A program made the translations under genes and the position numbers. The notes beneath the pieces were generated by a model that was not told the DNA's origin, did not search any database, and saw only the letters and a list, made by a program, of their open reading frames with translations. This document shows, piece after piece, positions 18,147 through 28,287 of a DNA stretch of 64,000 nt. This DNA is from an uncultured delta proteobacterium (lineage in GTDB: Bacteria; Desulfobacterota; Desulfobacteria; Desulfobacterales; JAHEIW01), in contig CAVPNL010000014.1 of the NCBI GenBank assembly GCA_963706575.1, forward strand, positions 101,838 through 165,837. Reading direction: 5' to 3'. Positions within the stretch are counted from its first letter, which is position 1; every line of letters begins with the position of its first letter.

Positions 18147-19931
18147 ATGTTTACCAAATCAAAAAATAAAAAATTCTGGGCCGGGGTCCCACCCTGGGTA
18201 TTGATCGGGGCTGTGGCCGTACTTCTGCCCATTGTTGTTTTTGTTACCGTTGAAAACATCAACCGTCAGAAAGAAAAGAGCATCCATCTCCTGTTGGAAA
18301 AAGGCGCTGCCTTGATCCGATCCTTTGAAGCCGGCACCCGCACCGGGATGATGGGCAGGCAATGGAGTGGATTTCAACTTCAACAACTGCTTGCCGAGAC
18401 GGCCCAACAACCTGATATCGTTTATCTCATGGTGACCGATGAGACCGGTAAAGCCATCGCTCATAACAGCCCTGAGCAAATCGGCCGCATCCATGGCGCT
18501 GAATTGGATCTTAAACAAATATCCGGCGCCAAAGACTTACAATGGCGCCAGATCAACCAACCCGATGGCCAAAACGTATTTGAGGTGTATCGAAAATTCA
18601 TCCCTTCCGGCCCGCCGGGGGGAAAGGGCATGATGCGACGTCACATGCAGATGATGGGACGTCAATCGAAATCAGGCTGGCAGGAAAATGAAAATATCTC
18701 GGATCTGGCCCAGATTATATTCGTGGGACTGGACATGAGTCCCATTGAAGAAGCCCATAGGGCAGATGTGCGACACGCTGTTATCATGGGCGCGATTTTA
18801 CTGCTGGTGGGCTTTGCCGGATTCACGCTGCTGTTTCTGGTTCAAAGTTATCGGTCCACGCGGGCATCCCTTACCAGGATAAAAGTCTTTTCCGATAACG
18901 TCGTGGAAAATGTGCCTATTGGCCTCTTGGCGCTGGATCATCAGGGAAAAATTGCCGCTTTCAACAGAGGTGCGGAGACTATCCTGCAGCTGAGCGCCCC
19001 GCAAGTCATCGGTCAGGCGGCCGACCGTATCATTCCGGCTGAACTGCTCGCTGAAATCAATCATTCTAAAAACCAGGCGGATGTCATCGAAAAGGAGATC
19101 GAATGTAAAATATCTGACGTGAAAATGGTCCCGTTGGAAATCGGGGCCAGCAGCCTTAAAGATGAAAATGATGTTTTCCTCGGCAATGTCCTGCTGTTTA
19201 AAGACTTAACCGAAGTCCGCACACTCAGACGGGAGGTTGCCCGGAGCCAGCGACTGGCCTCGGTGGGCAGACTGGCGGCCGGGGTTGCCCACGAAATCCG
19301 CAATCCCTTGAGTTCCATTAAAGGATTCGCCACCTATTTTAAGGAAAGATATCCCGATCGACCGGATGACCAGCAGACCGCCGATATCATGATCCAGGAA
19401 GTCGACCGCCTCAACCGGGTCGTGGGGCAGCTCCTGGAATTTGCCAAGCCAGTCCCGGTAAAGCCAAAACCGGTTTCGTTGCAGGCGCTGCTGAATGACT
19501 CAATCAAGCTGATAAGAGACCGGGCAGCCGAGAAGAACATCTCGATCCAAACTCAAAATAACACCCGGATGGATGAAGTGCGGATCGATCCCGATCGCAT
19601 CAATCAGGTTCTGTTAAATCTGTATTTGAACGCAATTGACTCCATGGAAAGTGGCGGTGAGTTGAAGGTGGAGATTTCCTCTGATGGACAACGCCGCAAT
19701 GTCATTATTCAGGTTTCAGACACCGGTCGTGGAATCAGTCGGGAAAATTTATCCAAAATCTTTGAACCTTACTTTACCACAAAATCAACCGGCACCGGAT
19801 TAGGGTTGGCGATTGCTCACAATATCGTAGAAGCAATGGGCGGCAAGATAACCGTTGTGAGCGACAAGGAAGTCGGAACTACTTTTACCGTTGCTTTACC
19901 CAATTCGGAAGAAAATAAAAAACATGAATGA
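18147..19931 (+). CDS. zraS: Membrane sensor histidine kinase (ZraS/HydH-like, with PAS)
   Basis: 2 TM segments; KGAALIRSFEAGTRTGMMG; AHEIRNPL; NLYLNA; DTGRG; FTTKSTGTGLGL. Confidence 0.85.
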   Translation: MFTKSKNKKFWAGVPPWVLIGAVAVLLPIVVFVTVENINRQKEKSIHLLLEKGAALIRSFEAGTRTGMMGRQWSGFQLQQLLAETAQQPDIVYLMVTDETGKAIAHNSPEQIGRIHGAELDLKQISGAKDLQWRQINQPDGQNVFEVYRKFIPSGPPGGKGMMRRHMQMMGRQSKSGWQENENISDLAQIIFVGLDMSPIEEAHRADVRHAVIMGAILLLVGFAGFTLLFLVQSYRSTRASLTRIKVFSDNVVENVPIGLLALDHQGKIAAFNRGAETILQLSAPQVIGQAADRIIPAELLAEINHSKNQADVIEKEIECKISDVKMVPLEIGASSLKDENDVFLGNVLLFKDLTEVRTLRREVARSQRLASVGRLAAGVAHEIRNPLSSIKGFATYFKERYPDRPDDQQTADIMIQEVDRLNRVVGQLLEFAKPVPVKPKPVSLQALLNDSIKLIRDRAAEKNISIQTQNNTRMDEVRIDPDRINQVLLNLYLNAIDSMESGGELKVEISSDGQRRNVIIQVSDTGRGISRENLSKIFEPYFTTKSTGTGLGLAIAHNIVEAMGGKITVVSDKEVGTTFTVALPNSEENKKHE

Positions 19932-21300
19932 ACAAAATACCGTTTTAGTTGTGGATGATGATAGCGCCCATCGCACGATGCTCAGGACCCTGATCGGCGG
20001 CTGGGGATATGCCGTCTCAGAAACAGATGACGGGTCCACTGCCGTTGAAAAAATCAAAGAAACCGCTTTTGATCTGGTCTTAATGGATGTCCGTATGGTC
20101 AAGGTTTCCGGCTTGGAAGCGCTTGAAACCATCAAAGCGGTTAATCCCGCAATACCGGTGATCATCATGACCGCCTATTCCTCGGTTGAAACCGCTGTGA
20201 AAGCCTTAAAACAGGGGGCCCATGACTACCTCACCAAACCGCTTGACTTTGACAAACTGCGCCTGACAATCGAACGGGCCATGGAGCATAGCCGGCTGAA
20301 AGAAGAAAACCGCTTGCTGCGCGAAACTCTGGGACAACAATTTGACAGCCAAAACATCATCGGTAAAAGCCCCGCCATGCTAAAACTTTTAGAAACGGTG
20401 TCCCAGGTGGCACCGTCAGAGGCCACTGTTTTAATTTCGGGTGAATCCGGCACCGGCAAAGAGCTGATCGCCGGCGCCATTCATTTTAACAGCCTGCGAA
20501 AAGACGGCCCCTTTGTAAAGATCAATTGTGCGGCCATTACGGAAACGCTGCTGGAATCAGAGCTTTTCGGACACGAAAAAGGCGCCTTTACCGGTGCCGA
20601 CCGCCGCAAAGAGGGACGGTTTAGCCAGGCCCACGGCGGTACACTGTTGCTCGATGAAGTCAGTGAAATGTCGCTCATGATGCAGGTAAAATTGCTGCGG
20701 GCCCTGCAGGAAAGAGAATTTAACCGCGTTGGCGGCGAGGCCACCGTTCAGGTTGACGTGCGCGTGATCGCCGCCACCAACAAGGACCTGATGGAACAAA
20801 TCAATGACGGGGCCTTTCGTGAAGATCTTTACTACCGCTTGAATGTGATCGAACTCGAAGTTCCGCCATTATCGCACAGAAAGGAAGATATCCCGCTGCT
20901 GGCCCAGCATTTTCTTGAAACATTTGTCGCCAAAAACCGCAAAGAGATCAAAGGATTCACCCCCAAGGCGATGGACAATCTGATCCGTTATGACTGGCCG
21001 GGAAATGTCCGGGAATTGATGAACGCGGTTGAACGTGGCGTTGTCCTGGCACGAACGGCTTATCTGGACGTCACCGACTTTTCGTTTATGCAAAATTCGA
21101 TGCTTCAAACGGATCAGGATTCGGCCGATTCAGCGGCGCTTTCCGTAAAAGGTGATGTGCCCCTTGAGGAAATCGAAAAGGCCGCCATTTTAAGCACCCT
21201 GCAAGCAGCCGGCGGCAATAAAAGTGAAGCGGCACGCCGCCTCGGAATCACCCGCAAGACACTACATAAAAAGTTGAAAGCTTACGGCGAGATGCCATAA
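19924..21300 (+). CDS. zraR: sigma54-dependent response regulator (ZraR/HydG-like)
   Basis: Receiver domain; GESGTGKE; ESELFGHEKGAFTGA; LLLDE; WPGNVREL; Fis-type HTH. Confidence 0.88.
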   Translation: MNEQNTVLVVDDDSAHRTMLRTLIGGWGYAVSETDDGSTAVEKIKETAFDLVLMDVRMVKVSGLEALETIKAVNPAIPVIIMTAYSSVETAVKALKQGAHDYLTKPLDFDKLRLTIERAMEHSRLKEENRLLRETLGQQFDSQNIIGKSPAMLKLLETVSQVAPSEATVLISGESGTGKELIAGAIHFNSLRKDGPFVKINCAAITETLLESELFGHEKGAFTGADRRKEGRFSQAHGGTLLLDEVSEMSLMMQVKLLRALQEREFNRVGGEATVQVDVRVIAATNKDLMEQINDGAFREDLYYRLNVIELEVPPLSHRKEDIPLLAQHFLETFVAKNRKEIKGFTPKAMDNLIRYDWPGNVRELMNAVERGVVLARTAYLDVTDFSFMQNSMLQTDQDSADSAALSVKGDVPLEEIEKAAILSTLQAAGGNKSEAARRLGITRKTLHKKLKAYGEMP

Positions 21301-21371
21301 GGTCTGCAATTTAGTCCTTGATGCCTTTGTCTTTTTTCAAAAATAAATAAATGCATTGCTCTCATCCGGGT

Positions 21372-21432
21372 GCATAGCGCATAGCGTCCATTTCCCGATG
21401 TCATCATCGCTATGCGCTATGCCCTTTGCCCT
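21372..21432. repeat. Inverted heptamer array (GCATAGC / GCTATGC)
   Basis: gcatagcgcatagcg…cgctatgcgctatgc; related units at 2592-2610. Confidence 0.65.
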
Positions 21433-21492
21433 TTACATAAATGTCGGAGTCCTTATAATATAGAAAAATTTTAAACAAGAATGAGGAATTCG

Positions 21493-22080
21493 ATGGATCA
21501 AACGAATGTTCATATCATTCGCTGTTCCGATTGCGGAGCGGCCAACCGAATACCGGCTGACAGAATCGGTGTGGCCGCCAAATGCGGCAAATGCCATGCC
21601 CTCCTGCCGACAGACCAAAAGAAAGCCGCACCGGGGGAAGTATTTAAAATGCGCTGCACCGAGTGCGGGACGAAAAATAAAATTCCGGCAGACAAAATTG
21701 AGGCCGGCGGTAAATGCGGCAAATGCGGTTCTTTGCTTAAAACCGGGGAATTGTTCGAACCCCAGCCCGTAATGGTGACCGATGGTAATTTTGACCTCAA
21801 GGTATTGAAGTCCCCTCTGCCGGTGCTGGTATTCGCCTGGGCGCCCTGGTGTCCGACTTGTGGATCGGTAACGCCCATCATCGATGAATTCGCCGCTGAA
21901 GCCAAAGGAAAGGTGCGGGTAGGAAAAATAAACGTTGACGCCAACCCTATGCTGTCATCTAAATTCAACATCCTGAGCGTGCCGTTTTTGTTTATTTTTG
22001 ATAACGGGCAGATGAAAGAGAGTATGGCGGGGGGGCTGCAGAAACATGAACTAATGATGAAAATGGCCCCCTACATTTAG
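21493..22080 (+). CDS. Thioredoxin (TrxC-like) with two N-terminal zinc-ribbon repeats
   Basis: CSDC…CGKC and CTEC…CGKC, then WAPWCPTC in a thioredoxin fold. Confidence 0.85.
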   Translation: MDQTNVHIIRCSDCGAANRIPADRIGVAAKCGKCHALLPTDQKKAAPGEVFKMRCTECGTKNKIPADKIEAGGKCGKCGSLLKTGELFEPQPVMVTDGNFDLKVLKSPLPVLVFAWAPWCPTCGSVTPIIDEFAAEAKGKVRVGKINVDANPMLSSKFNILSVPFLFIFDNGQMKESMAGGLQKHELMMKMAPYI

Positions 22081-22081
22081 A

Positions 22082-22126
22082 AAAATGCCTAAAGTGAACT
22101 AAAATGAGCTAAAGTGCCTAAAGTTA
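22082..22126 (+). repeat. Short-period tandem repeat (same family as 17979)
   Basis: aaaatgcctaaagtgaactaaaatgagctaaagtgcctaaagtta. Confidence 0.75.
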
Positions 22127-22186
22127 AAAAATTAAAGAAAATTGTGCTTTAAAATTTTCGTGTTTTCGTGATTAATTGAAATTCAA

Positions 22187-23092
22187 ATGGACTCAAAAAA
22201 TGAACAGGTGGCGGAGAAGATTATTGCAATCCTGCAGGGCGGGTTGACGCTGAATGCGGATATGCAGCATTATATCGATTCAACATTTTCCAATCCTTGC
22301 GTCAGCGAGTTTGAAGCGTTATTGAAAGATGAATCCAGCTGTGAAACGGATTCGCTGATGGAGCTGCTCTTTTTCCCGGATGAATCCGTGCAGCTGCAAT
22401 TGGAGGAAATGATCGAAGATACGCATTTTCAACGCCGGGACGAAGAGGAAATTAAAAAGCGCGTCTGTTCAACAGCCATTCAAACTCAAATTCGCTTTTC
22501 TGACGGCCGGGGTACGTTGGAAAAGAGGGTTGCGCCTTCGAATGCAGCCCAGTTTATTGAACACCTGAATCTGTCAAGGTGCCTGGATCCGAAACTCAGA
22601 TCGGCTGTCGCCCGGCATGTTCACCAGGGGCTTCAAACCCGCTGCAAAGTCAGGCTCCGCAACGCCAGACCCATCACATCACCCAATAAAATTTCATTCC
22701 TGCAAACGGTTTTTAAAAATCTGCAAATCGATAACGATGATTTTTTTGAGCATCTCGATTTTGCCGTAAGCTTTATGGATGAGCTCAAGGATGAGGCGGA
22801 TATGTTCCAGGCGCTGATGGCCCGAAAGAAACGCTATATCCGGAGTTTGCAAAAAGCCAAAAAATTAGATAACAAGCTAACCCAGCACAATGTGGAAACT
22901 CTTTTGCTAAGAGGCGAGTGCGTATCTTCAATTGACAAGGCCGATGCCCGTAAAAAGATTCAAATAATTGATCGCATCAGTCTGGCAGTTTTTGGAAAGA
23001 CCGAGTTTGTTGATTTGATGCCGGCGAGTGAGCAATCCATTATCCTGGAAGGCAAGGACGATATCGACAAGCTGATCGAAAAATTCAATTAG
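22187..23092 (+). CDS. Hypothetical protein
   Basis: 301-codon ORF ending 10 bp before lolA; no recognised motif. Confidence 0.7.
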   Translation: MDSKNEQVAEKIIAILQGGLTLNADMQHYIDSTFSNPCVSEFEALLKDESSCETDSLMELLFFPDESVQLQLEEMIEDTHFQRRDEEEIKKRVCSTAIQTQIRFSDGRGTLEKRVAPSNAAQFIEHLNLSRCLDPKLRSAVARHVHQGLQTRCKVRLRNARPITSPNKISFLQTVFKNLQIDNDDFFEHLDFAVSFMDELKDEADMFQALMARKKRYIRSLQKAKKLDNKLTQHNVETLLLRGECVSSIDKADARKKIQIIDRISLAVFGKTEFVDLMPASEQSIILEGKDDIDKLIEKFN

Positions 23093-23102
23093 GGGATTAA
23101 AT

Positions 23103-23807
23103 ATGAAATATCGAAGCGGTATTTTTGTTCTTTATGTATTTGTACTGATCGGCGTTCTAATACCATTGGGTGTTGGCGGGCTGCAAAATGTGAAGGCCGC
23201 ATCTGAAACCAGCCCTCTTACGGTGGACCAGATCCTGGAACAGGTCGAAAATAAATACAACAATTCAAAATTTAGTGCGGATTTTATCCAGAATTCCTTT
23301 CTCAAAGCGATGGATATCACAGATTTTGCATCAGGAAAGGTCTTCATTAAATATCCTGGCAAGATGCGCTGGGAATATGAAAAACCCAACAGACAAATCT
23401 ATATTACTGACGGAGAAAATTTGTGGGTCTATAGACCCGAAGAGAACCAGGTTCAAACCGGTAAGGCCCCTGAATTTTTCAAAGGCGGCAAAGGCGCCAG
23501 TTTTCTTTCAGACATCCGTCTGATCCGGCAAAAATTTGATATTTCTCTGAAACCGGGTCCGCCGGAGGAAAGCGACCTGTTCCATCACCTAAAATTGATA
23601 CCGCGTGAAAAAACATTGGATATCACGGAAGTACGCCTGATGGTATCCAAACAAACCTATAACGTACTGCAGGTGATGACCTTAGATTTTTACGGAAATG
23701 AAAACCGCATCGATCTGATTAATTTCGTCTTTGGTGGTAATCTGGATGAATCGCTTTTCAGCTTCGAAATCCCGGCCGGGGTGGATGTTGTGCAGATCGA
23801 TGAGTGA
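23103..23807 (+). CDS. lolA: Outer-membrane lipoprotein carrier protein
   Basis: FSADFIQ…SGKVFIKYPGKMRWEYEKP…DGENLWVY…F-F-IPAGVDV. Confidence 0.88.
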   Translation: MKYRSGIFVLYVFVLIGVLIPLGVGGLQNVKAASETSPLTVDQILEQVENKYNNSKFSADFIQNSFLKAMDITDFASGKVFIKYPGKMRWEYEKPNRQIYITDGENLWVYRPEENQVQTGKAPEFFKGGKGASFLSDIRLIRQKFDISLKPGPPEESDLFHHLKLIPREKTLDITEVRLMVSKQTYNVLQVMTLDFYGNENRIDLINFVFGGNLDESLFSFEIPAGVDVVQIDE

Positions 23808-23855
23808 AATCAGGAAATCCCTTGGCGTCTTTGCGTGAGGCCAAAAGCGGGTGTT

Positions 23856-24599
23856 TTAGAGCGCATTGACGATTTCCTCAGGTATATCTGCGTTCGTGTG
23901 AACCTTCTGGACATCATCGCAGTCTTCCAAGGCCTCCATGAGCCTGACCATCTGCTCGGCTTCTTTACCTTTCAAAAAGGTAGTTGATTGCGGCAGCATG
24001 GTCACTTCAGCCACGATATAGGGAATGGAAGCTGCGTCAATAGCTGCTTTGACCCCCTCAAAATCTTCGGGCGCGGTGATCACTTCAAAATTGCTGTCGT
24101 CCTCGCGAATATCCTCGGCCCCGGCTTCCAATGCTGCCTCCATCAGTGTTTCTTCATCCACGGCTTTACTTTCAACTGCGATATAGCCCTTTTTATCGAA
24201 CATCCAGGCCACACATCCGTTTTCACCCATATTGCCGCCGGCTTTGCTGAATATATAGCGGATATCGGCTACCGTTCGATTCTTGTTGTCCGTAAGGGAT
24301 TCGATCAGCACGGCCGCCCCCCCGGGGCCATAACCCTCATAAATGCTTTCTTCATAATTGACGCCCTCTAACTCGCCGGTGCCCTTTTTGACGGCCCGTT
24401 CAATATTATCCTTGGGCATGTTTTCGCTTCTGGCAGCCAGAACGGCGGTTCTCAGGCGCGGATTGGCATCCGCGTCACCGCCGCCCATGCGGGCGGCAAC
24501 CGTAATTTCTTTAATCAGTTTCGTAAAAATCTTGCCCCGTTTGGCATCTGTAGCGGCTTTTTTATGTTTAATACTTGACCATTTGCTGTGACCCGACAT
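23856..24599 (-). CDS. yebC: YebC/PmpR family protein
   Basis: [35 protein letters not shown]. Confidence 0.96.
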   Translation of the reverse strand: MSGHSKWSSIKHKKAATDAKRGKIFTKLIKEITVAARMGGGDADANPRLRTAVLAARSENMPKDNIERAVKKGTGELEGVNYEESIYEGYGPGGAAVLIESLTDNKNRTVADIRYIFSKAGGNMGENGCVAWMFDKKGYIAVESKAVDEETLMEAALEAGAEDIREDDSNFEVITAPEDFEGVKAAIDAASIPYIVAEVTMLPQSTTFLKGKEAEQMVRLMEALEDCDDVQKVHTNADIPEEIVNAL

Positions 24600-24673
24600 A
24601 ATGCCTCCTAACTAGACCACATAATGTTTTTATAATTTAATGATAGATAAGCGCTTTCTTCTTTCTCGAAAAC

Positions 24674-24803
24674 GGAATAATGGAATAATGGTTTTGAATG
24701 TATTTATCAATTTATTAATTTTCCCGATAAGACAACCCAAGGGGGAGGTATCAAACCACTCATCCATTTCCCCAGAACCCATTATTCCGTATTCCAGATT
24801 CCA
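24674..24803. repeat. Inverted array of GGAATAAT/ATTATTCC octamer repeats
   Basis: ggaataatggaataatgg … cccattattccgtattccagattcca. Confidence 0.65.
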
Positions 24804-24839
24804 CCTGGCCTACTGACCTGTGGAATTTTATCGTTTAAA

Positions 24840-25457
24840 CTATCTCTTTTTGAGACCCATACCGACGACAAAGATCTCTTTGCTTTCTTTGCGGCTGCTG
24901 AGGGGTTTGAAAATCTTATTACGCTTAAATCGATTTCTGACCATATCCGAAAATTCTTTGAATTCTTCACCCTGAAAAATCTTGCATATAAACGACCCGC
25001 CGGGCTTCAACACCATTTCAGCAATACCCAGGGCGGCCTGACATAATTGAAAGGAACGGGCAGCATCCAGCCCTTTATTGCCGGTGGTCGCCGGCGCCAT
25101 GTCGCTTAAAACCACGTCAAATCGGTTCCCCAGTTCTTGCTTATTAAGCCATGCCCGGTCAATAGTCAGAATATCAGCAGTGAGCGTTTCCGTTTGGGGC
25201 GGTAGCTTTATAGGAATCGCTTTCAGGTCGATGCCTAAAACCCTGCCGCGTCTGCCGGTCAGCTCGGCAGCGTAAAGCAACCAGGAACCCGGTGAACACC
25301 CCAGATCGAGCACCCGGTCGCCTTTTTTTATCAAACGAAATTTTTTTTGGGCTTCTTTTAGCTTAAACACCGATCGGGCCGGATAACGTTCTTTTTTCGC
25401 GCGCTCTGTATAGTGATCCGTCCAACGCTGATGTTTTTTTGAGCCAACGTGCTTCAT
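24840..25457 (-). CDS. rlmE: 23S rRNA Um2552 methyltransferase
   Basis: YPARSVFKL, VLDLGCSPGSW, VVLSDMAP, KIFQG, KPLSSRKESKE. Confidence 0.93.
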   Translation of the reverse strand: MKHVGSKKHQRWTDHYTERAKKERYPARSVFKLKEAQKKFRLIKKGDRVLDLGCSPGSWLLYAAELTGRRGRVLGIDLKAIPIKLPPQTETLTADILTIDRAWLNKQELGNRFDVVLSDMAPATTGNKGLDAARSFQLCQAALGIAEMVLKPGGSFICKIFQGEEFKEFSDMVRNRFKRNKIFKPLSSRKESKEIFVVGMGLKKR

Positions 25458-25459
25458 TG

Positions 25460-26827
25460 TCAAAAAAGCTTCTCTATCGCCTCGGGCACTGTTTTTATGC
25501 CCGCGACTTCAATTCCGTCAATATCGGGAATGCGCTTTAAGTTGCCGTTCGGCACCAGGCAGCGACTAAAGCCCATTTTTTTAACCTCGGCAAGTCGGAT
25601 GTCAACCTGACCGATCGCCCGGACTTCTCCGGCAAGACCCACCTCACCCAGCACGACCGTACCGTCCGGAACGGGTTTGTCAAGAAAGCTGGAAGCAATC
25701 GCCGAAACGATGGCCATATCCACCGCCGGTTCGATCACCCTGACCCCGCCGGCCACATTCATGAAAATATCATATCCCATCAGGTGCATGCCGAGTTGTT
25801 TTTCCATAACCGCTGCCAGCAAGGCGACCCGGTTGGAATCCAGTCCCAGAATGGTTCGCCGGGGCGTACCGAAGCTGGTGCTGCTGGCCAGGGCCTGCAG
25901 TTCGACCAGAATCGGCCGCGTGCCTTCCATACTGGCGGTAACCGCTGAGCCCGGCGCATTCGCAGGCCGCTCAGATAAAAACACAGCCGATGGATTGGCG
26001 ACCTCATCCAGGCCCTGATCTTTCATTTCAAAGACCCCGATTTCGTTAGTGGAGCCAAATCTATTTTTAACCGCGCGTAGAATGCGGAAGATATGATTGC
26101 GGTCTCCTTCAAAATACAAAACCGTATCGACCATATGCTCCAGAAGTTTGGGGCCTGCAATGGCGCCGTCTTTGGTCACGTGACCGACCAGCAGCGTGGG
26201 TATGCCGGTTTTTTTGGCCATCATCATCAAACGGACCGTGGATTCCCGAACCTGGCTGACGCTTCCGGGGGCTGAAGTCAGTTCAGTGCTGTACATGGTT
26301 TGAATCGAATCAATGACCAGGACCTGCGGAGGGTCAGCTTGAATCATCCCCAGAATCGCATCTATTTCGACCTCGGAAACCACCATTAATTTGGATGCGA
26401 CCGTATCCAGGCGCTGGCTCCGCAAGCGGATCTGCTGATTGGACTCCTCGCCGGATACATACAGAACTTTATGGCCCTGATTCGCCAGTCCGTAGAGCGC
26501 CTGCAGCATCAGCGTTGATTTGCCGATTCCCGGATCTCCACCGATCAAAACGAGCGTTCCCGGCACCAGACCGCCGCCGAGCACCCTGTCAAATTCCCGG
26601 ATATCTGTTAAGAGGCGGTTTTCCGTTTCCAGCTCGATCGAATCAATCGCCACAGGGGTTGACTGCTGATTTTTCAGCGAGCGGTGGGCATCTCGAAAAG
26701 ACCGGGCGGCCGACCGTTCCTCCACAATGGAGTCCCAGGTGCCGCAGTCCGGGCATTTACCCATCCATTTGGGAGTCTGGTAGCCACAGGTTTGGCAGCA
26801 GTAGATTATTTTGGTGCTTTTTTTCAC
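25460..26827 (-). CDS. radA: DNA repair protein RadA/Sms
   Basis: CQTCG…KWMGKCPDC zinc finger, GDPGIGKST, KNRFG; GTG start. Confidence 0.97.
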   Translation of the reverse strand: MKKSTKIIYCCQTCGYQTPKWMGKCPDCGTWDSIVEERSAARSFRDAHRSLKNQQSTPVAIDSIELETENRLLTDIREFDRVLGGGLVPGTLVLIGGDPGIGKSTLMLQALYGLANQGHKVLYVSGEESNQQIRLRSQRLDTVASKLMVVSEVEIDAILGMIQADPPQVLVIDSIQTMYSTELTSAPGSVSQVRESTVRLMMMAKKTGIPTLLVGHVTKDGAIAGPKLLEHMVDTVLYFEGDRNHIFRILRAVKNRFGSTNEIGVFEMKDQGLDEVANPSAVFLSERPANAPGSAVTASMEGTRPILVELQALASSTSFGTPRRTILGLDSNRVALLAAVMEKQLGMHLMGYDIFMNVAGGVRVIEPAVDMAIVSAIASSFLDKPVPDGTVVLGEVGLAGEVRAIGQVDIRLAEVKKMGFSRCLVPNGNLKRIPDIDGIEVAGIKTVPEAIEKLF

Positions 26828-26963
26828 GATAGAAACTTACCAATAAATATGTTACTATTTTGAGATGGGTTCTAAATAACATGGGATATAAATGCAATCA
26901 AGCGGGTTGTATCCAGCTCAACAAACGCGATTTTTGTGATTTGAGATCCTATCTGGGGTGATT

Positions 26964-27854
26964 ATGATACGGCATAGCTATAAACGTGGAACGAATTGGA
27001 TTATTTTCGCTGTCATCGTGCTGGTTGTTGGACATTTAATTGCGGCTGAATCCGGGGCTGCTGTCGAATCCAGCCAGAAGCCGCTATCTTCTGTTCAAAA
27101 ACTCTTGATCGCCGACGGCTTTGACCCGACGAAAATAAAGCGGCTGTACAGCCGGCCGCAAGTATCCTTCGAAGCCGATGGTGTCATACTGCTTTTTACT
27201 TATAAAGAAGCCCAGGTGGATTACGGCCAGTTTACAAATAAATGGTCCATCCGCAAAGCCAAAGAATATATTCAGAAAAATAAAGCCGATCTTACGCGCA
27301 TTGAAAAAGCATACGGTGTCGATAAAAAGGTCATCACCGCGATTCTGCTGGTTGAAACCGGGCTGGGGGCCTCGGTGGGAACGCGCTCGGCCCTAAATAC
27401 ACTTTCAACAATGGCGGCTTTGAGGGATCCGGTGGTTCGAAACAAATTATGGGATTTGATCCCGGATTCAAAGAAAATTTCAAGAAAAAAATTCGAAAAG
27501 AAGGCAGCAAGCCGCTCCAAGTGGGCTTATGAAGAACTTAAAGCCTTATTAAAATATTCCGCCCGGGAAGGCGTGGATCCGGTATCGATTCCCGGCTCGT
27601 TTGCCGGTGCGGTGGGCGTTGCCCAATTTATGCCCACCAGCATTCTGGCCTACGGCAAGGACGGAAACGACGACGGAATGGTTGATATGCTCAATCACGC
27701 CGACTCGATGGCCAGTATCGCCAATTTTCTCAAAAACCATGGATGGCGCCCGGGGCAAAGCCGCAAAAAAGCTGAAAAAATTATCCATCATTACAACCAC
27801 AGCAGCTATTACGTAAACACCATCTTAAAAATCTCCAGCCGCCTGAAGGGCTAA
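26964..27854 (+). CDS. mltB: Lytic murein transglycosylase B family
   Basis: AILLVET, GSFAGAVGVAQFMPTS, DGNDDGMVD, SIANFLKNHGW, YNHS. Confidence 0.85.
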   Translation: MIRHSYKRGTNWIIFAVIVLVVGHLIAAESGAAVESSQKPLSSVQKLLIADGFDPTKIKRLYSRPQVSFEADGVILLFTYKEAQVDYGQFTNKWSIRKAKEYIQKNKADLTRIEKAYGVDKKVITAILLVETGLGASVGTRSALNTLSTMAALRDPVVRNKLWDLIPDSKKISRKKFEKKAASRSKWAYEELKALLKYSAREGVDPVSIPGSFAGAVGVAQFMPTSILAYGKDGNDDGMVDMLNHADSMASIANFLKNHGWRPGQSRKKAEKIIHHYNHSSYYVNTILKISSRLKG

Positions 27855-27921
27855 TACATTAATTTTGCACGAGCCGGAGGCTTTCATATTCTCATTAATT
27901 TTCATGCAGGATTAAGGTAAG

Positions 27922-28134
27922 ATGACTTTGAAACTGCTCGGCATATTTTTGGCTTTATGTATTCCCTTTTTCGCTGCCACCGTCTGGGCCATCATCGATG
28001 TGGCCCAAAAAGATTTTGGCACTGCCGGCAAAAAGGCGCAGTGGTGGATTATTGCCTCGGTGCCCTTTGTCGGATTTATTGTGTATTTGATTTTTGGTTT
28101 TCGCAAAGGGAAGAAACCAGAGACCGGCGCCTAA
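27922..28134 (+). CDS. Small membrane protein (PLDc N-terminal domain-like)
   Basis: WAIID…K..WW…VPFVGFIVYLIFG pattern. Confidence 0.75.
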   Translation: MTLKLLGIFLALCIPFFAATVWAIIDVAQKDFGTAGKKAQWWIIASVPFVGFIVYLIFGFRKGKKPETGA

Positions 28135-28158
28135 TCAGCCGGCGTTCGTAAATAACGA

Positions 28159-28188
28159 TTGACAACAAACACGTTAATTTAATACTTT
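28159..28188 (+). promoter_or_regulatory. sigma70 promoter of tRNA-Glu
   Basis: TTGACA at 28159, followed by an AT-rich -10 region (AATACTTT) just upstream of the tRNA. Confidence 0.6.
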
Positions 28189-28202
28189 AAGCCCGATCGA
28201 AC

Positions 28203-28277
28203 GGTCCCATCGTCTAGTGGTTAGGACGCCGGCCTCTCACGCCGGTAACGGGGGTTCGAATCCCCCTGGGATCACCA
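28203..28277 (+). tRNA. tRNA-Glu (anticodon CTC)
   Basis: GGTCCCA/TGGGATC acceptor stem, CCGGC-CT-CTC-AC-GCCGG anticodon arm, GGTTCGAATCC T-arm, encoded CCA. Confidence 0.97.
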
Positions 28278-28287
28278 GATAAAAATG

